Assembly (NCBI GenBank): GCA_030704615.1
Contig: CM060733.1
Coordinates: forward strand, 21,142,001-21,206,000
DNA: 64,000 nucleotides
Direction: 5' to 3'
Source: Takakia lepidozioides
Lineage: Eukaryota; Plantae; Bryophyta
A model generated the notes under the pieces. That model had not been told where the DNA came from, made no database searches, and saw nothing but the letters and a program-made list of their open reading frames with translations. The translations under genes and the position numbers were made by a program. Numbering within the stretch: the first letter of the stretch is position 1; each line of letters begins with the position of its first letter. Of this stretch, positions 50,302-63,186 are shown piece after piece.

Positions 50302-53187
50302 TTAAGTTATGCTGCTACGAACATCAACAATCAAGTCATGCAGCTCAGGAAAGGCTGCAAGAAGGAGCATCTCCAGAAGGCTGTAGGCCAGCTGCTTAAC
50401 ACAAACTGTTGACTGCATCCACCAAGCCCCACATTCACCAAAGCTGTTCAGAGAGCAAACCAGTTATGGCCTTTCTGCACTCCAATTTTTTGAGCCCCAC
50501 TAGTTGTTTTTTTTTTCTCTCCCTTGGACAAATGCATTTCTTCTTTTCCTCTTTTGTGTAACCATCTCACACTGAGCACTTTCTCAGTGCTCAGGTGTGC
50601 CAGTCAGGTGCCATGGGATTTACAGATACAAGCTTAAGGCAAGAGCACTATGAGAAGACTTTCCTGTCCCGCACATGGGGACAACTGAAGAGCACATCCT
50701 CAGTTGTCAGCCCTAAATGCTTGAGAAACTTTTCTGTATGCTTCCAAGAGCAGAGTTAAGCCAAACATCTGACATGAGCACTATGTTGACTATCTTTCAT
50801 CTTTGGCACTATCAGATCATCCCATTTGAGGCTATCATACCTGAAGAAAGTAATATATATCCTTGGCGCATCTCTGATATTGCTTCCTGCCAATAAGGCT
50901 CACAAGTGTGGCAGGAGCTCTGTCTGCAAACACCGTGACAAAGTCCAGTCAACCTAACATTTCATAATTCCAAATTTTCATCCCCAGGCTGCCTAAAATT
51001 CCTGCAGGTGCCCCTTAACTATTACTGGACTTCTTTTGTTTTCCTCAGGTAGGTGTTAGAGCATGCCCACATCTTCTGTAGTTCGCACACAGCACTCCAC
51101 TTCAACAATCCAAATCTTCAATCCGGAAATAAAATGACCACCAATCTTGCAAAGCAGGGTACAAATCAACCCACCAAGAATGATCTCCCGCACAACCATG
51201 GCTCTGCGTGCAGCCTCAAGACGTTGCTCAAATGAAGTCACTGGAGGAGACCCCTCCCGCCGCTCACCCCCTATCCCTTGTGGATCCCCCATCTTCCGTT
51301 GTGATACACCAACCCGACTGCGATGCTTTGTGATAAAGATCCCATCTGGCCAGAGCACCTGTGATCCCAATCCCCATCCTCAGCCCTACATTTAACTCTA
51401 CGCCTATGTTCTACAAGGTTATTTGAGATAAAAACTACAGGCAGTCTATCAGCCCTGCCTAAACAAGATCCACATGGGCTCCTTGCTTACTTCAGCACCC
51501 AAAATGAGATGCTTCTGCTGCTATAGAGGTCCTGGTCATCCTTCATTAGATGTCTCTTTGTTGAGGCAAGGGAGGGTCTTCTGCTCTCTCTCCCTGTCAA
51601 CCCTGCACCCTGCACCTCTGATGACCAACTTTCAAAAACCTCAAGGCTGGCCCTGAAGCCTGGCCCAGTTTGGATTAACTCCTGGGCAGATCACACACAG
51701 CAGATTGATGCTAGTGTGACAGGCTTCCTACAGGAAATCTGGAAAGCCCAAACAAAGTGGTTATATCACAGTAAGTCCCACTACTGGAGAGAGCCCCTCA
51801 CAAAGGTAGTGTCTGTTCCCTTCTGTTCCACCCACACAGGGCTTGGGGCCACAAGGCTACAGCAAATGTCCTACGAGTACATTCTCTCCCTGTCAACATT
51901 ACTCAGTTTTCTTTCTTTCTGCTCTTCCACGGGCCTTCAAAACCCCCGAGGACATTATAACGTCTATTTTCCTCTTTCTTTCTCGCCCATGGGCACCCCT
52001 CAATATAATAGATTTCTTACCTTCTTTTCTTCTCTCCTTGTAGGCCCCTGCATCTGTGTTTGTGTGCATAAGAGAAAAATCCATGTCTGAAAGACCATCA
52101 ACCCGGTTTACAACTGTTTGATCTATTACTGGCACACTACATAAGGTGAGAAAAGATGAAGGAACTTGCTCTTTGAATGCCCCGAATTCCTGAAGCCACC
52201 ACATCCTCTCTTCGCAGCCATTGAATTCTACTAAGCAGCCAGTCATCAAAGGCATCGCCTATACCAAGCTGCAAAATCTGCTTCACAATCCAAAAGACTT
52301 GTCGCCTGACAAAAAACTCCACTCCCCCAAATCCAAACTTGTCAGGACTCTTATGTTCACACAGTGGATGGACAGAGATAGGACGCCAGTTGCACACAGT
52401 GGACGGACAGAGATAGGACGCCAGTTCACACAATGGATGGACAGAGATAGGGCCATTTGAAAGGCATTGGTCATGTTCTCCATGAGACAGCAATAAGGCA
52501 TAGTAAACTTACACGATAGAATCTACTCACCTTTGTGAGGGGCTCACTCCAGCAGTGGACTTACCTTGATGAAACAATTAATTCGGGCTTTCCAGAAATC
52601 CTCTAGAAAACCCTTCACACAGGCATCAATCTGCCATGTGTGAGCAGCCCAAAAGTTAGACCCCAACAGGCCCAGGGCTTTAGATGCAGCCTCAGTATTT
52701 TGAAAGTTGGTGATAAGAGGTGCAGGAACCATGTACGTGATGTTCCTGAGGAGGGTCACTCTCTGGTGAGAACCCTGGACCAAGTATGGATATTGTCTTC
52801 AGTGCCGAGAGAATGCACTCATAAGACTTTGTTTGCCATAACCTTGTGGCCATAGACCCCGTGCCCAGTTTGAAACATAGGGAATAGACACTACCTTTGT
52901 GAGGGGCTCACTCTAGTAGTGTCACTTGCAACCATGTTCAGTGCAGATAGAGAATGTACTCATAAGACGTTGTTTGCCGTAGCCTTGTGGCCATTGGCCC
53001 CGTGCCCAGTTTGAGCGGAACACAAAGAGACAGAAACTACCTTTGTCAGGGGCTGACGCCGGTAGTATGACTTACCTTGGAACAGACAATTGATCCGTGT
53101 TTTCGAGATATCGTTCAGTGGAGGGAATTGAAACTGCACAACATCCGCGGTTCAGTGGAGAGAGAGACAGAATGTACTCATGAGACG

Positions 53188-53221
<34 letters not shown>

Positions 53222-56200
53222 CACCTGATCCAGCCCCGGCCCTGTAGTTGAAAGATGAGGTCCACCAAGTTAAGCAGTGGCACACTCACTTTTGGTGGGG
53301 ACCACTGCACATACCAGTCAACACCAAAAATGCCATTAATCACTCCTGATAAAGATATTCATCAAGGAGGACCACCAAAATACCTCAACAATAAAACATG
53401 AGACCGAAGAAACTCTGTTGTGGAAGAAACGACATCACAGGGGACATTTTGTCAAAACCAAAAACATGGAACTTGCTGAAGGGAGTATTTACATCCTGTG
53501 GTATTGCCAGCTCATCGTCAACCATATCAGATCCAGCAGACGATTCAACTGGCGAATGCCCTTCTGACAAAGCTCTCTCAAGCCGGCCATCGAAGTACCG
53601 GCTATCCCTTACATCCAAAGACCCAAACATGTGTGTTGAAGGTCCCAACACTTGGGCTTCAACATTCAAATCCACAGGTATTTCACTGTCTGAATGCCAA
53701 TCAACAGATCCAAAGCCTTGTGCACTCCCAGCTAATGCCACCCTCTCCTCATCATCTTCTGACAGCGAGTTGGCAATGGCTTTTTCTCCAAACCCACTAT
53801 CAGTCAGGGAAAGTGTTTGGGACGCTCCTAGAAACCTCAAGATTGAACTTCCAGCCGAGCTGGTGCCTTGGATGTGGGTGGCAGCCACCATGTGGCTGCT
53901 ATTACTACTGCTTCCACGGCGCTGCCGGATTCCTGAGGTCGCTGTTTTCAAAGCCCCTTGGATGTCATCAGAAACTCCACGAATTTGTCGAAACATGTCA
54001 TCCACAGCATCATCCACATTCACTGATACAGAACGAATCCACATCAATATGTTGATGTACCAAGTAACCATTGAATATCTATAACTCAATTCCTTGACTG
54101 GCAATTTTCAAGGCATCTAACAACAACAGATTCGGTCAACAGCAGCAGGGTAGCTCCAAAGCATAACTGAGAAAGAGAGGACACCTGACACAAGGTCCTA
54201 AAGCAAGGCCGTCTATTTTCTATGCTTATCAACAGAGTGCTCAGCAGATTACCAAAGCCAAAAATGTTCATAATTAGGTTTCGACACAAGGGTTCCCCTT
54301 TCCCAAGTACAGGTAACTCAGTTGGAAGGGCTAACAAGAGGTGTGTGCATTTGCACAATTCTTACCAGCTAAGGTAGTCATCACGGACGGAGAATTGATA
54401 AATGCATAGTGCTGCATGCCACACACAACTCATCAGAAAGTAGTCAAACTACCGCCTAAATTGTGCTTATTAAACAACACTTCTGGAGTGATCTTAAAAA
54501 CCAACAGAGGTGGATTATTCGCTGCTGCCAGGATTTTCACCTATTTGAGGATTTGGTTAGCATGAAGGCTGATATCAATCGCAATGCCTAACACCCTCTA
54601 GCTTCATCCTGTTACCCACTTGAGCCACTGGTCCCCCAAATTGGAGAAAGGCGATATAACACTCACAACACTTTGCGTGCCACAGACCCACTGCCAGAAT
54701 GGTACCATTCTGCTGTGCTAAAAATAAAGTGGTTGAATATGTGATAGTGCAACTCAGCATTTTTCAATCAGGGAAAGAAAGAACTGCTAACCACAAAACA
54801 CCTTGGCATCACAACATGATCTTCAGTTCCCAACCTCTCACCTGAGAGTTGACACTCAAGAAATCCCAGACTTCATGCAGCTCTGCAATACTCGGTATCG
54901 CTAAGAGATCCTGTCCCAGACAGAAGCAGTGATAATTGAATTTTAGTGACACGATGCTCAAACATAATGCTGTAAGGTGCCAACTGTGTCCCTCTGAAAG
55001 AAAGAACGGAAGTGACGTTTTAACATCGCAAAGCCCAAAGCACTTATGGAACATACAGTGAGAGAATGAAGAAGATATCTTTTGGGTCTGGGATGCCCAG
55101 ATGCCTATGGCACACAGGACAACAAGGGACAAACAGAAGAGTACGGAGTGCCTCACTAAGTCAGCGTCTACACACTTCGGGTCCTCACAGGTGAAGGCTT
55201 CTGCGAAGGACAACTCTAAAGCACACCCTTGCCTTCCCCTGATTTCGCTAGCAGTCAGCGTACTTATAATAATGTCTCTACTTTAGGTGGTCTATGTTAA
55301 GCAAATCCTACCCTTATGGATAGAATGTGTATCTTCAGTTCTTGATCCATAAGATGTTACCCCCTCACGAGGGGTGCAAAGAACTTAGCAAAGAGACAGA
55401 AAGACATGATATGTCGTTGTCACTGATGACTGAGAGTCATGTACAAGTGGGGAATTTTGTATGAGCTGGCTCACTGCTCTCATTGCACATGTAGCTTTCT
55501 GAGATCTTAAGATGATGAAGCACATTATCAACACACAAACTCTCACTAGGGTCAACCACAAGAGGTACAGTCCAAGTTTGATCAAGAGACAAAAGTCACA
55601 GACCCCAACCCCCTTGAATGCTGTGTACATACAGAATGACATTGGATGGATCATCTGCAACTCATCACATACTGTCATTTCACACAGTACTTAAAGAGCT
55701 AAAGCCCACAAAAAGTAGGAAAGGAACCCACTTTCAAGTACTTATCCAGAAGAATGCACCGTTCACGAATGAAATCATTGTCCAGGTTGGAGGAAAGAAA
55801 GCGCTTTGGTGGCAGATTAAGGCAATAATACATCATGTCCTTCAAACGCCTATGTAGTTGCTCGAAGTTGCGAAATCTACGCATACGCACACACAAGCAT
55901 TCTTACATTAAATTCTTCCTATCATTCCGGACCTGATTCGACCAGGTTTGGATATTAATTCTCTACAGTGCCCCTTTCCCAATAAGCTGACAATATAACA
56001 TGCAAGTCCAAATGAATATAATTGATGTCGTCTGACAATCATTTGTACATGGCAACATCACATAACAAAGGCAAAGAAAGGGCTACCTTCTTTGAACCCG
56101 CCAGGTTTGACTGTCAGAATCTGTTACCCTGATGTTGTACACTGCAAAAGCTTTTGATCCAGTCTTTTCAAAATGAGCCCCTATCACCTGCATTTTATTT

Positions 56201-59200
56201 TATCATGAGTCATGTCATGTTGGAGGCTCCAAAACACATTTAGAACCTAAATTCTTATGTAGCTTAGCTCGGATTGCTAGGCCAAGGGTCTGGGAACAAA
56301 AGACAGGATGGGGACAAGGCAAGCAAGTTCAACGGGTGGAATGTTAAGTCAGGGCCATAAACATATCTTGTAACTCATGGTGCCAACAGAATGAGTGCAA
56401 CCCTTACAATTTGATGTAGCGTGAAACAAATTAAGTGCTCAGTCGTACCCGACAATGTAGTTTACTCAGAGACAGATGGGATGTTAAGCTGGATGAAGGG
56501 TTGCCACTCCCAATCCGTGTAGATACCTGCACTGCGTTCTCAGTAGAGTTGCAATTGTGCAGGTTGGAAGCCGGGTGTGCTGCTACAGCTGCAGGTCCTT
56601 CGCCAGTGTTCAGCAAAGTCAATATGCCCTCCTGATGATGAGATACTCCCTCCAGCTCTTGCCACCCTTCCAGCCCACCCCCAATACTCCTTGACCGCCG
56701 ATGTGACAACATCCTCACAGCTTTCCCAGATCCATCTTGGCCAGTAATGCCGAGTTTCTGTGGTTCATTCGACGTATCTAATGGATGCCCACTAACACCA
56801 GCATTCTCTTGGATGTTCCTAAGGGTCGGCAAGTTGTCTAAGGTTTCGACTGAACAGCTACTGTGATCGGCAGCCTCAAGGCTTCTCGTACCCACTGCCT
56901 GCAGATTATCTGAAGTGTCCAATGGATGTAACATCTGACTGGTGGTCACCCGAGCCCCAACCCCAGCGAAGCCTATTCCTGATAATTTCTCCTCCCCTTG
57001 TTCTGCCTCTCCAAACAACAGCACCCCAAACTGGTCATGCACACTCTTAGTGTCTCGTTTAGCTTCCGAAATGCCTGTCCCAGTGGCTTTGTTTAGAGGA
57101 GTGGGGTTTGAACCTTTAAGCTCTACCAACTTGGTTATCTTGGATGCTCCTTCCATCTCGACTTTGGCCCCGACTTTTGTTTCTGGTGGATTGACCTGGA
57201 TTGGATTTATGGGTGACTCTGTGGCCTGCTGGACAGTTACCCCTAAAGTGGCAGCCTTAACAACCTCTCTTTTCCTGTAGTTGCGACCTTTTGCCCATAG
57301 GTTATCAAGATGCTCCGGTGCCAGTGCTTCTGTTCTTCGCTGTGTCACAGCTTCCAGCATTTGCACCCACTCACCACACACAATTGGACCCCCAGCCTCC
57401 TGATCTGTAGTGACCATAGTTTCACTGCCCTTTGCAGGCTGAATCTGCACTGAAGAATAGATATATTTCTTCAACAGTTCCATTACAGCAACATCATTCA
57501 TAGCAAACCAAGTGGGCCTTCTTTCCTAGAAACAATGTGGCTTTTACAAATTGACTACACAACAAAAATGGTTACAAAGCCCGCATTGCTCACCTCTCGT
57601 GTGGACTTTGCATTGGCAGGTCCTCCCCCCACAGACTCTGGTACACCTAATTCTGTCAATTCAAGGCCAGAGAGAGAGGGCTTCCGTGGGGGCAGTCGCT
57701 CAGGGGCACGTGATCTGGTGCTTGCAGATTCAGATGCTTCTACATTAGATGCTTGGTTGGCCTGTTGTAAGTTCTGTTTTGCTGAAGCTACGGCAAGTGA
57801 CTCAATCATCTCATTGATAAATCTGCAAAATAGCAATGGTGCACAAACCAATTTAGGTTTGGAAAGCAGGCTTCAGTCTTTGCAACTAAATCCATCTAAG
57901 AATTTATATCCCAGGATCAATAGGATCTTTTGCTGGATAGAACAAATGTTGACAGCACTCTCCCCCCCGCCCCCAAATCAAACCCGTCAGTGCACCATTC
58001 CTGTTAAACAAAAATGTTACATCATGATGGCTTGCACCAGTGATTTCCTTGCTAACAAAGAGCTGAATGGCCTCACCATGACCACATGCAAGACAAGCTT
58101 TTGGAAACTTGTGCACTCTTAAGAAGATTGGTCATGCAGCATACCCACCCAGGGCAGGCAAAGTTGAGAATGGGTCGCAACACTGCACATGCCAGCAGCT
58201 CCCTTGCTAAGTTCCGTAGCAACCGACACCGTGCATCTTGGGGCCTCAGCACTAAAGCGACCACCCCACCTATAAGCCGCTGCAATACCTGAAAAGAGTT
58301 CCACATTTTAGAACATGATGATACTTCCACTTCCTGCTTTGCCTATTGGAAGCAAATCCACAAGGATGTTGCTAAGTGCGGCATTAATTAATGCTCAGAC
58401 TTACACAACACTTGGACTCCAAAGGTGGGTCAGCTTTATTGGCAGCTGACTCCCATGTCTTTGCAGTCCCTCCCCGTTCTCACTGTTTTTCTCTGGTATC
58501 TTTCATTTAAGCGGTTCTTCTTTTGACGACCATAAACACAAGTCAGAAGCTTAAGATAAGGTGGAGATATCTGAAAAAAGTCAGAAGGCTTTGATGCCTT
58601 TAGCATATACAAATAAGATAGTAGGACAACAGACACATTCTATCCAACAATTTTCTTCCTTAGGCTGCAGGTGCAGTTGCATTTGAGCACGTAGTTTAGC
58701 AAATGCTATTGGTGACTTGGAACCCTTGTTGATCTACTTTGTCTCATGGGCCTATGAGGTTCCCCCTGTGGTTGTTATAAAGTTTCTCTTTCTTCCTCTC
58801 TTTCTTTCTTTGTAACTCAATCTCTCTAAGTCTTCCACTATGAGGATCAGAAATGCTTGGCAGCTTGCCTGCACACCTGGACCCTTCAACAATCCCTTGA
58901 GCATTAGTTGCTTTTGGGCTGTTTTTTGGCTCTGGTTTTGTTTCCTCTCTTTTGTTTTTTCCATTTTGTCCCATAAGCTCTTTGAGCTTTCCGCGGACGT
59001 TATAAAGTACCATCTCATGTGTTCCGCCCAAACTGGGCACATGGTCTATGGCCACAAGGCTATGGCAAACGTATGTTTTTTCCTTTCTGTATACTCTCCC
59101 TCCCTGTGTGGACCACAAATAACAGAGAAACATAGCACATTCCACTCCTAAAGTTCCTAGAGGCCACGTGCAATAGGCTCCAGTTGACAATGCCCAAGTT

Positions 59201-61596
59201 ACTGATCTTGTGTGGAGTAGTATCCAATATCTATACATCCATACAAGAGCTCACCTTGTGCTCTGCATCAGGCGAGATGAGGGCAGGGTGCAATTCCCGA
59301 CCAGAGATCAATGCCTCTTTTAGCCTCTCATCCCTCTCTTCAGACGAGAGTGTGCCTAGCACATTTGGCCCAATCCTTTCCTGCATGCGGCGATAAAGTT
59401 CTAGATGGCTCCCTACTAAATCAACCATGTCCCTGCATGTACAATGAAAAGTTGGATGTTAACATCCATTAAAACAACATTATGTGACCTATCTGCCTTA
59501 TCTTCACACCCATCTTGAGTCACTCTGTGCAGGTGAATGAAGAATAGAAGCGTCAACATCCACCAGAAACCATATCTTCAATAGATGATAGCAACACACA
59601 AACTCTTATATACATCAGCTGTAATTGTAGAAGATTCATTTGCAGAAGAGAGCTGCATTTACAGGGATCATGAAAAATGAGCTACTTGCAAATATGAGCC
59701 AGCTAGTTGGTCCACTGTCCAAACCGCCAAATATCCATGTAAGTGCAGATAAGATGTACAATTTAATGGTAACCAATTGACAAGGTCCATCCACCATACC
59801 TGGAAAGAAGTGTGATAAGGTTCACACACTTGGCACGCTGTGAGACTTCAGAAATCACGCCATTGATCAGAATCCGCAGCTCTTCAGGGGCATCTTGGTC
59901 TGGGGTGATAGATGAGTACCAGAGATTGGTGACCCACTCATCAACCACACACCTTGTGAGCTCATCCACAGCTTCCTCGACAGCTGGAGAATCAATGCTG
60001 CGGCGCCACCTGTACAATAGGCAACTACTATTAGTCCACAAAAGATCGTAAAACAAACAAAGGCATTATATACTACAGCCTTGAATTTGGACAGCATCAC
60101 AAAGCAACTGGATACTTACCCCACAATGATAATCTATTGGCTATGTCTGTTACACCCACATAGAAGTCCACATGGATACAGTTCCACAACTTCACCTATT
60201 ACTGGCCACGTTCGTTGTTGCTGAGAGAAGGGGATCACTGGGGGCAAGCTGGCGGCGATGCAGATGGTGAAGATGGGATGGGCCCTCATAGACTGGAGCT
60301 CTCCATCGCACTTCAATCTCCGAAGAAAGGCGGCGCATTACAGCAATTATAAGAATGGCCACAGGTATGTTGATCCAAACTGAAGTGCTTGTCACTGCAG
60401 AATGGACACAAAAAGAAGTTCAAAAATAGCAAAATCAAATCAATGGCCATATCTGCCATATGACAAAAAAGTAATCACTAAATGAGTCTCCTGATGTGGC
60501 CCACTGGCAGCCTGCTGCTAATCCAAAAACAATGGAGGGGAAGTAGTACGGGGATACAGATGATATCCCACAACAGGCCCTGTGGAATCTCAGCATTTCT
60601 GTGAGAACCTACGAAGTGTCCAAGGTACTTATTAGGTAGCAGCCACCTCTAGAGTGCTCGGGAGTGAGAGAGGCCAACGGCAGAGGGGAGTAGGAGACAG
60701 GAAGGGGGACATGGGAAGTAAGAGCAAAAAACGTGAGGAAGTGAGTATATTTAGGAAGGGTAGGGGTGCATCAAAGTCTTTGAGGAAGGCAGTGAACAGG
60801 ATGCATTATAGCCCTCTTGCACAGAGGTTACAAACGTGCCTATGATTCCAGTGCAAGTCATAGAAATGTACTTATGCAACACCCTGCGAACGTTGGCTTG
60901 CCATAGCCTTACAGCCATCAACCCTGGGGGAAACTAACCCTCCTGGACCCTTTTGTGGGGTTCACACCCATCAGGGTTCCAGTGTAAGACAGACAGAGAG
61001 AAAGTATAAAGAGGAAACTTTCTAAATCCAGGGGACAAAGCAGATTGACAAATGATTCAATGAAGAGCCTGCAAATGTGGGCGTCAACGCCCACTTCAGA
61101 GACCATCAAACAATAGAATGCTCATGTAGGTAGGCTGCCAGGCACTTCAGGACCTCAAAGCTGTAAGCCTCTGCCAAATAAATATCATCCTGCCCAAAGG
61201 GCCCGTGGGGAACATGAACAAGACAAAGGGAAAGATGTATATCCAATCACTCCCTCCTCCAAAAACACACATGAGACAGGCAGGGCAAGGTTACATGTAC
61301 TCGCTGAAATTGCAAAAGCTGTGATCTCAAAACTTAGTTTAGTAAACTGAGTCATAGGAGCAATATTTCCCAATCAATGGAAACTTACCTGAACCCTAGT
61401 GCCCTAGAGCAGTGCCACATATGTTAGCCCAATAAACAAGAATACTCATGACATCACAGGCCTTGCAGAAACACAAGTTTTAGTCTCAGGTTGAAGACAA
61501 CATACAGGACATTAGATAAGCAAGGCTGATGACACAGATCCCCACAAGAATTGTCCTTCGCTTCACCTCGTCCAGTAAATCTTGCAGTGTCTCCAT
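50302..61596 (-). CDS. PXA-PX-Nexin_C sorting-nexin-like protein (EREX/EREL, SNX13/14-type)
   Basis: 17 exons, approximately 61596-61506, 60394-60196, 60009-59800, 59432-59255, 58288-58149, 57822-57576, 57446-56449, 56187-56087, 55877-55732, 54910-54842, 54411-54366, 54022-53491, 53304-53225, 52305-52170, 51358-51175, 50923-50841, 50412-50302. Motifs METLQDLLDEVK, VTNLWYSSITPD, RRFRNFEQLHRRLK..LPPKR, VNVDDAVDD, WSPPKVSVPLLNLVD, VLWPDGIF. Confidence 0.93.
51608..53080. repeat. Inverted repeat arms in the two introns flanking PX exon 14
   Basis: 51608-51890 is the diverged reverse complement of 52525-52727, 52806-52925 and 52949-53080 (e.g. GAGCCCCTCACAAAGGT versus ACCTTTGTGAGGGGCTC). A partial copy lies at about 59021-59070. 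Confidence 0.85.
52355..52452. repeat. Three-copy ~34-bp tandem repeat
   Basis: GTT(G)CACACAGTGGA(T/C)GGACAGAGATAGGACGCCA three times, just upstream (on the - strand) of the exon 14 acceptor. Confidence 0.85.
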
Positions 61597-61872
61597 GGCT
61601 TTGACAGGAAGACGTGATTGTGTTCCTGTTTCTAGTTCTTGTACACATGTGATCTCTCCCTCCCCCAACAACCTCAGTTGTGTCTATGTAGAGCCTTCCA
61701 GTTGTTGATGACCGCCTCACAGTGAACGAATCAATGTCTATCCTTGATCTCCTTTCTTGCTTCTTGCCTGCTCCCTCTGGATTATGAACGTAGTCCACAA
61801 AACAAAGTTCCAGCACACACTTCCCACCCAGTCATATTATCCAGTGACAGTAATCCCAGGAAATGGAACATA

Positions 61873-62719
61873 TCAGTACTTGCCCTGAACATAGACGGTG
61901 CCAACGATGAGAGCCACAATGGCAGCCTGGAAGCCCACATGAGCCCTCATGAGAACTTGACTGCGGTTGAATTTTCCCTGCTTGAAGGAGATCAATCCCG
62001 CTAGTAAAACCCCTGATGTTGCAAGAGCGCCTGCCACATATATCATACAACATATTAGGTGAAACTCCAAATGTGCCCAAAGCCAGAGTGCCTCCTCAAG
62101 AGAAAGAGAGAGAGAGAGTGGACGAGAGTGACAGGGGTTGAGGTTCAATTATTCTCAGAGACAAAAAAGCACCAACAAATTCTAACATAGAAGATGCGAT
62201 TAATAGGATGTTGTCTTTCAATCCAAGATCAAATATGGTACAAAACCGGGAATTAGATAACTGCTGCTACGAGAGTCCATGCAATAAACTGCAATCTAAC
62301 CCTAGAAATGCCAGTGCTAGAATGCTATCTCCTATTGCGAGGAGTGTTTTCGGTATAGGAACAGTAAAGAGTACATTTACAACTTCATACATGGGATATG
62401 GCACAAGAATTTACTCTAATATGCATAATGCTTTGCAATTACACAGATGTCCCCAACCTCGGCCACTGACCCAGTGAGATACAATCCCTGCTCTGTCACA
62501 ATGGCTTGTACTCTTTAAACGGACACTGCTTATATTCTGGGGCATGCACCCATGTTCCCATACAGAAAATAGAGATGTCAATTTCTGAATCCTGAACAGC
62601 GCTGTCAGATGGGAGGGAGAAAGAGAGAGAGAACCAAGTGGAACAAGAGGGTTGCAGTAGTCCTTCTTGAAACCAAACATGTCCTCTGCCTCAATAGCGA
62701 CCAGCTCACTTGACACCAT
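61873..62719 (-). CDS. HIG1-domain (hypoxia-induced gene, Rcf1-like) small mitochondrial membrane protein, 80 aa
   Basis: Exon 62719-62635 (MVSSELVAIEAEDMFGFKKDYCNPLVPL-G), GT-AG intron, exon 62030-61873 (ALATSGVLLAGLISFKQGKFNRSQVLMRAHVGFQAAIVALIVG..). Matches the plant HIG1 consensus NPLVPLGAL.TAGVL.AGLISF..G....Q.LMR.RV..Q. Confidence 0.88.
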
Positions 62720-63170
62720 TGCTCCTTCCAGGAGAAAACAGCGTGGTCTGAACCACAATTTCCTCCAACAATCCAGTACGCAACTACGAGAAAAGATATA
62801 GGGATACCTCAACCAAGTCAAGGTGAAGCTTGGTATCAAAACGTCTTCGGGAGCAAGTTCCTTGTGACACTTGATGCAGGAAACGCGGCTTCGTTGCACT
62901 TCCAAATTAAGCTACTCGAGCAACTAAAGCATGTCACGCTCAAATCTAGTCCGTCTGTCAAAATTACGCCAAGCAATTGGCTCTAGGTTTTGCAATGGCC
63001 TGATAAGACAACCTCTACTCCATTGGATCGATGTAACGGATCACAACAACAAAGAAGCTTCCTTGAGCAAAACCCAACTATCCAAAATCCAAATCTTCCA
63101 TCCGCACCGATTCTCTGCTCCCCCTCTCTCCCTTCTCTCTCTTTCAAGGCAAAGGGAACGAAGAGGCAGA

Positions 63171-63186
63171 TTTTATAGGCCACGTG
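63171..63186 (-). promoter_or_regulatory. TATA box and G-box upstream of the HIG1/PX locus
   Basis: CTATAAAA on the - strand (63171-63178) next to CACGTG (63181-63186), followed by a GA-rich leader. Confidence 0.45.

Noticed and set aside
52355-52452. CRISPR-like array
   Set aside because: Head-to-tail minisatellite without spacers, in a eukaryotic intron.
53398-54084. 228-aa and 185-aa plus-strand ORFs
   Set aside because: Antisense shadows of PX exon 12.
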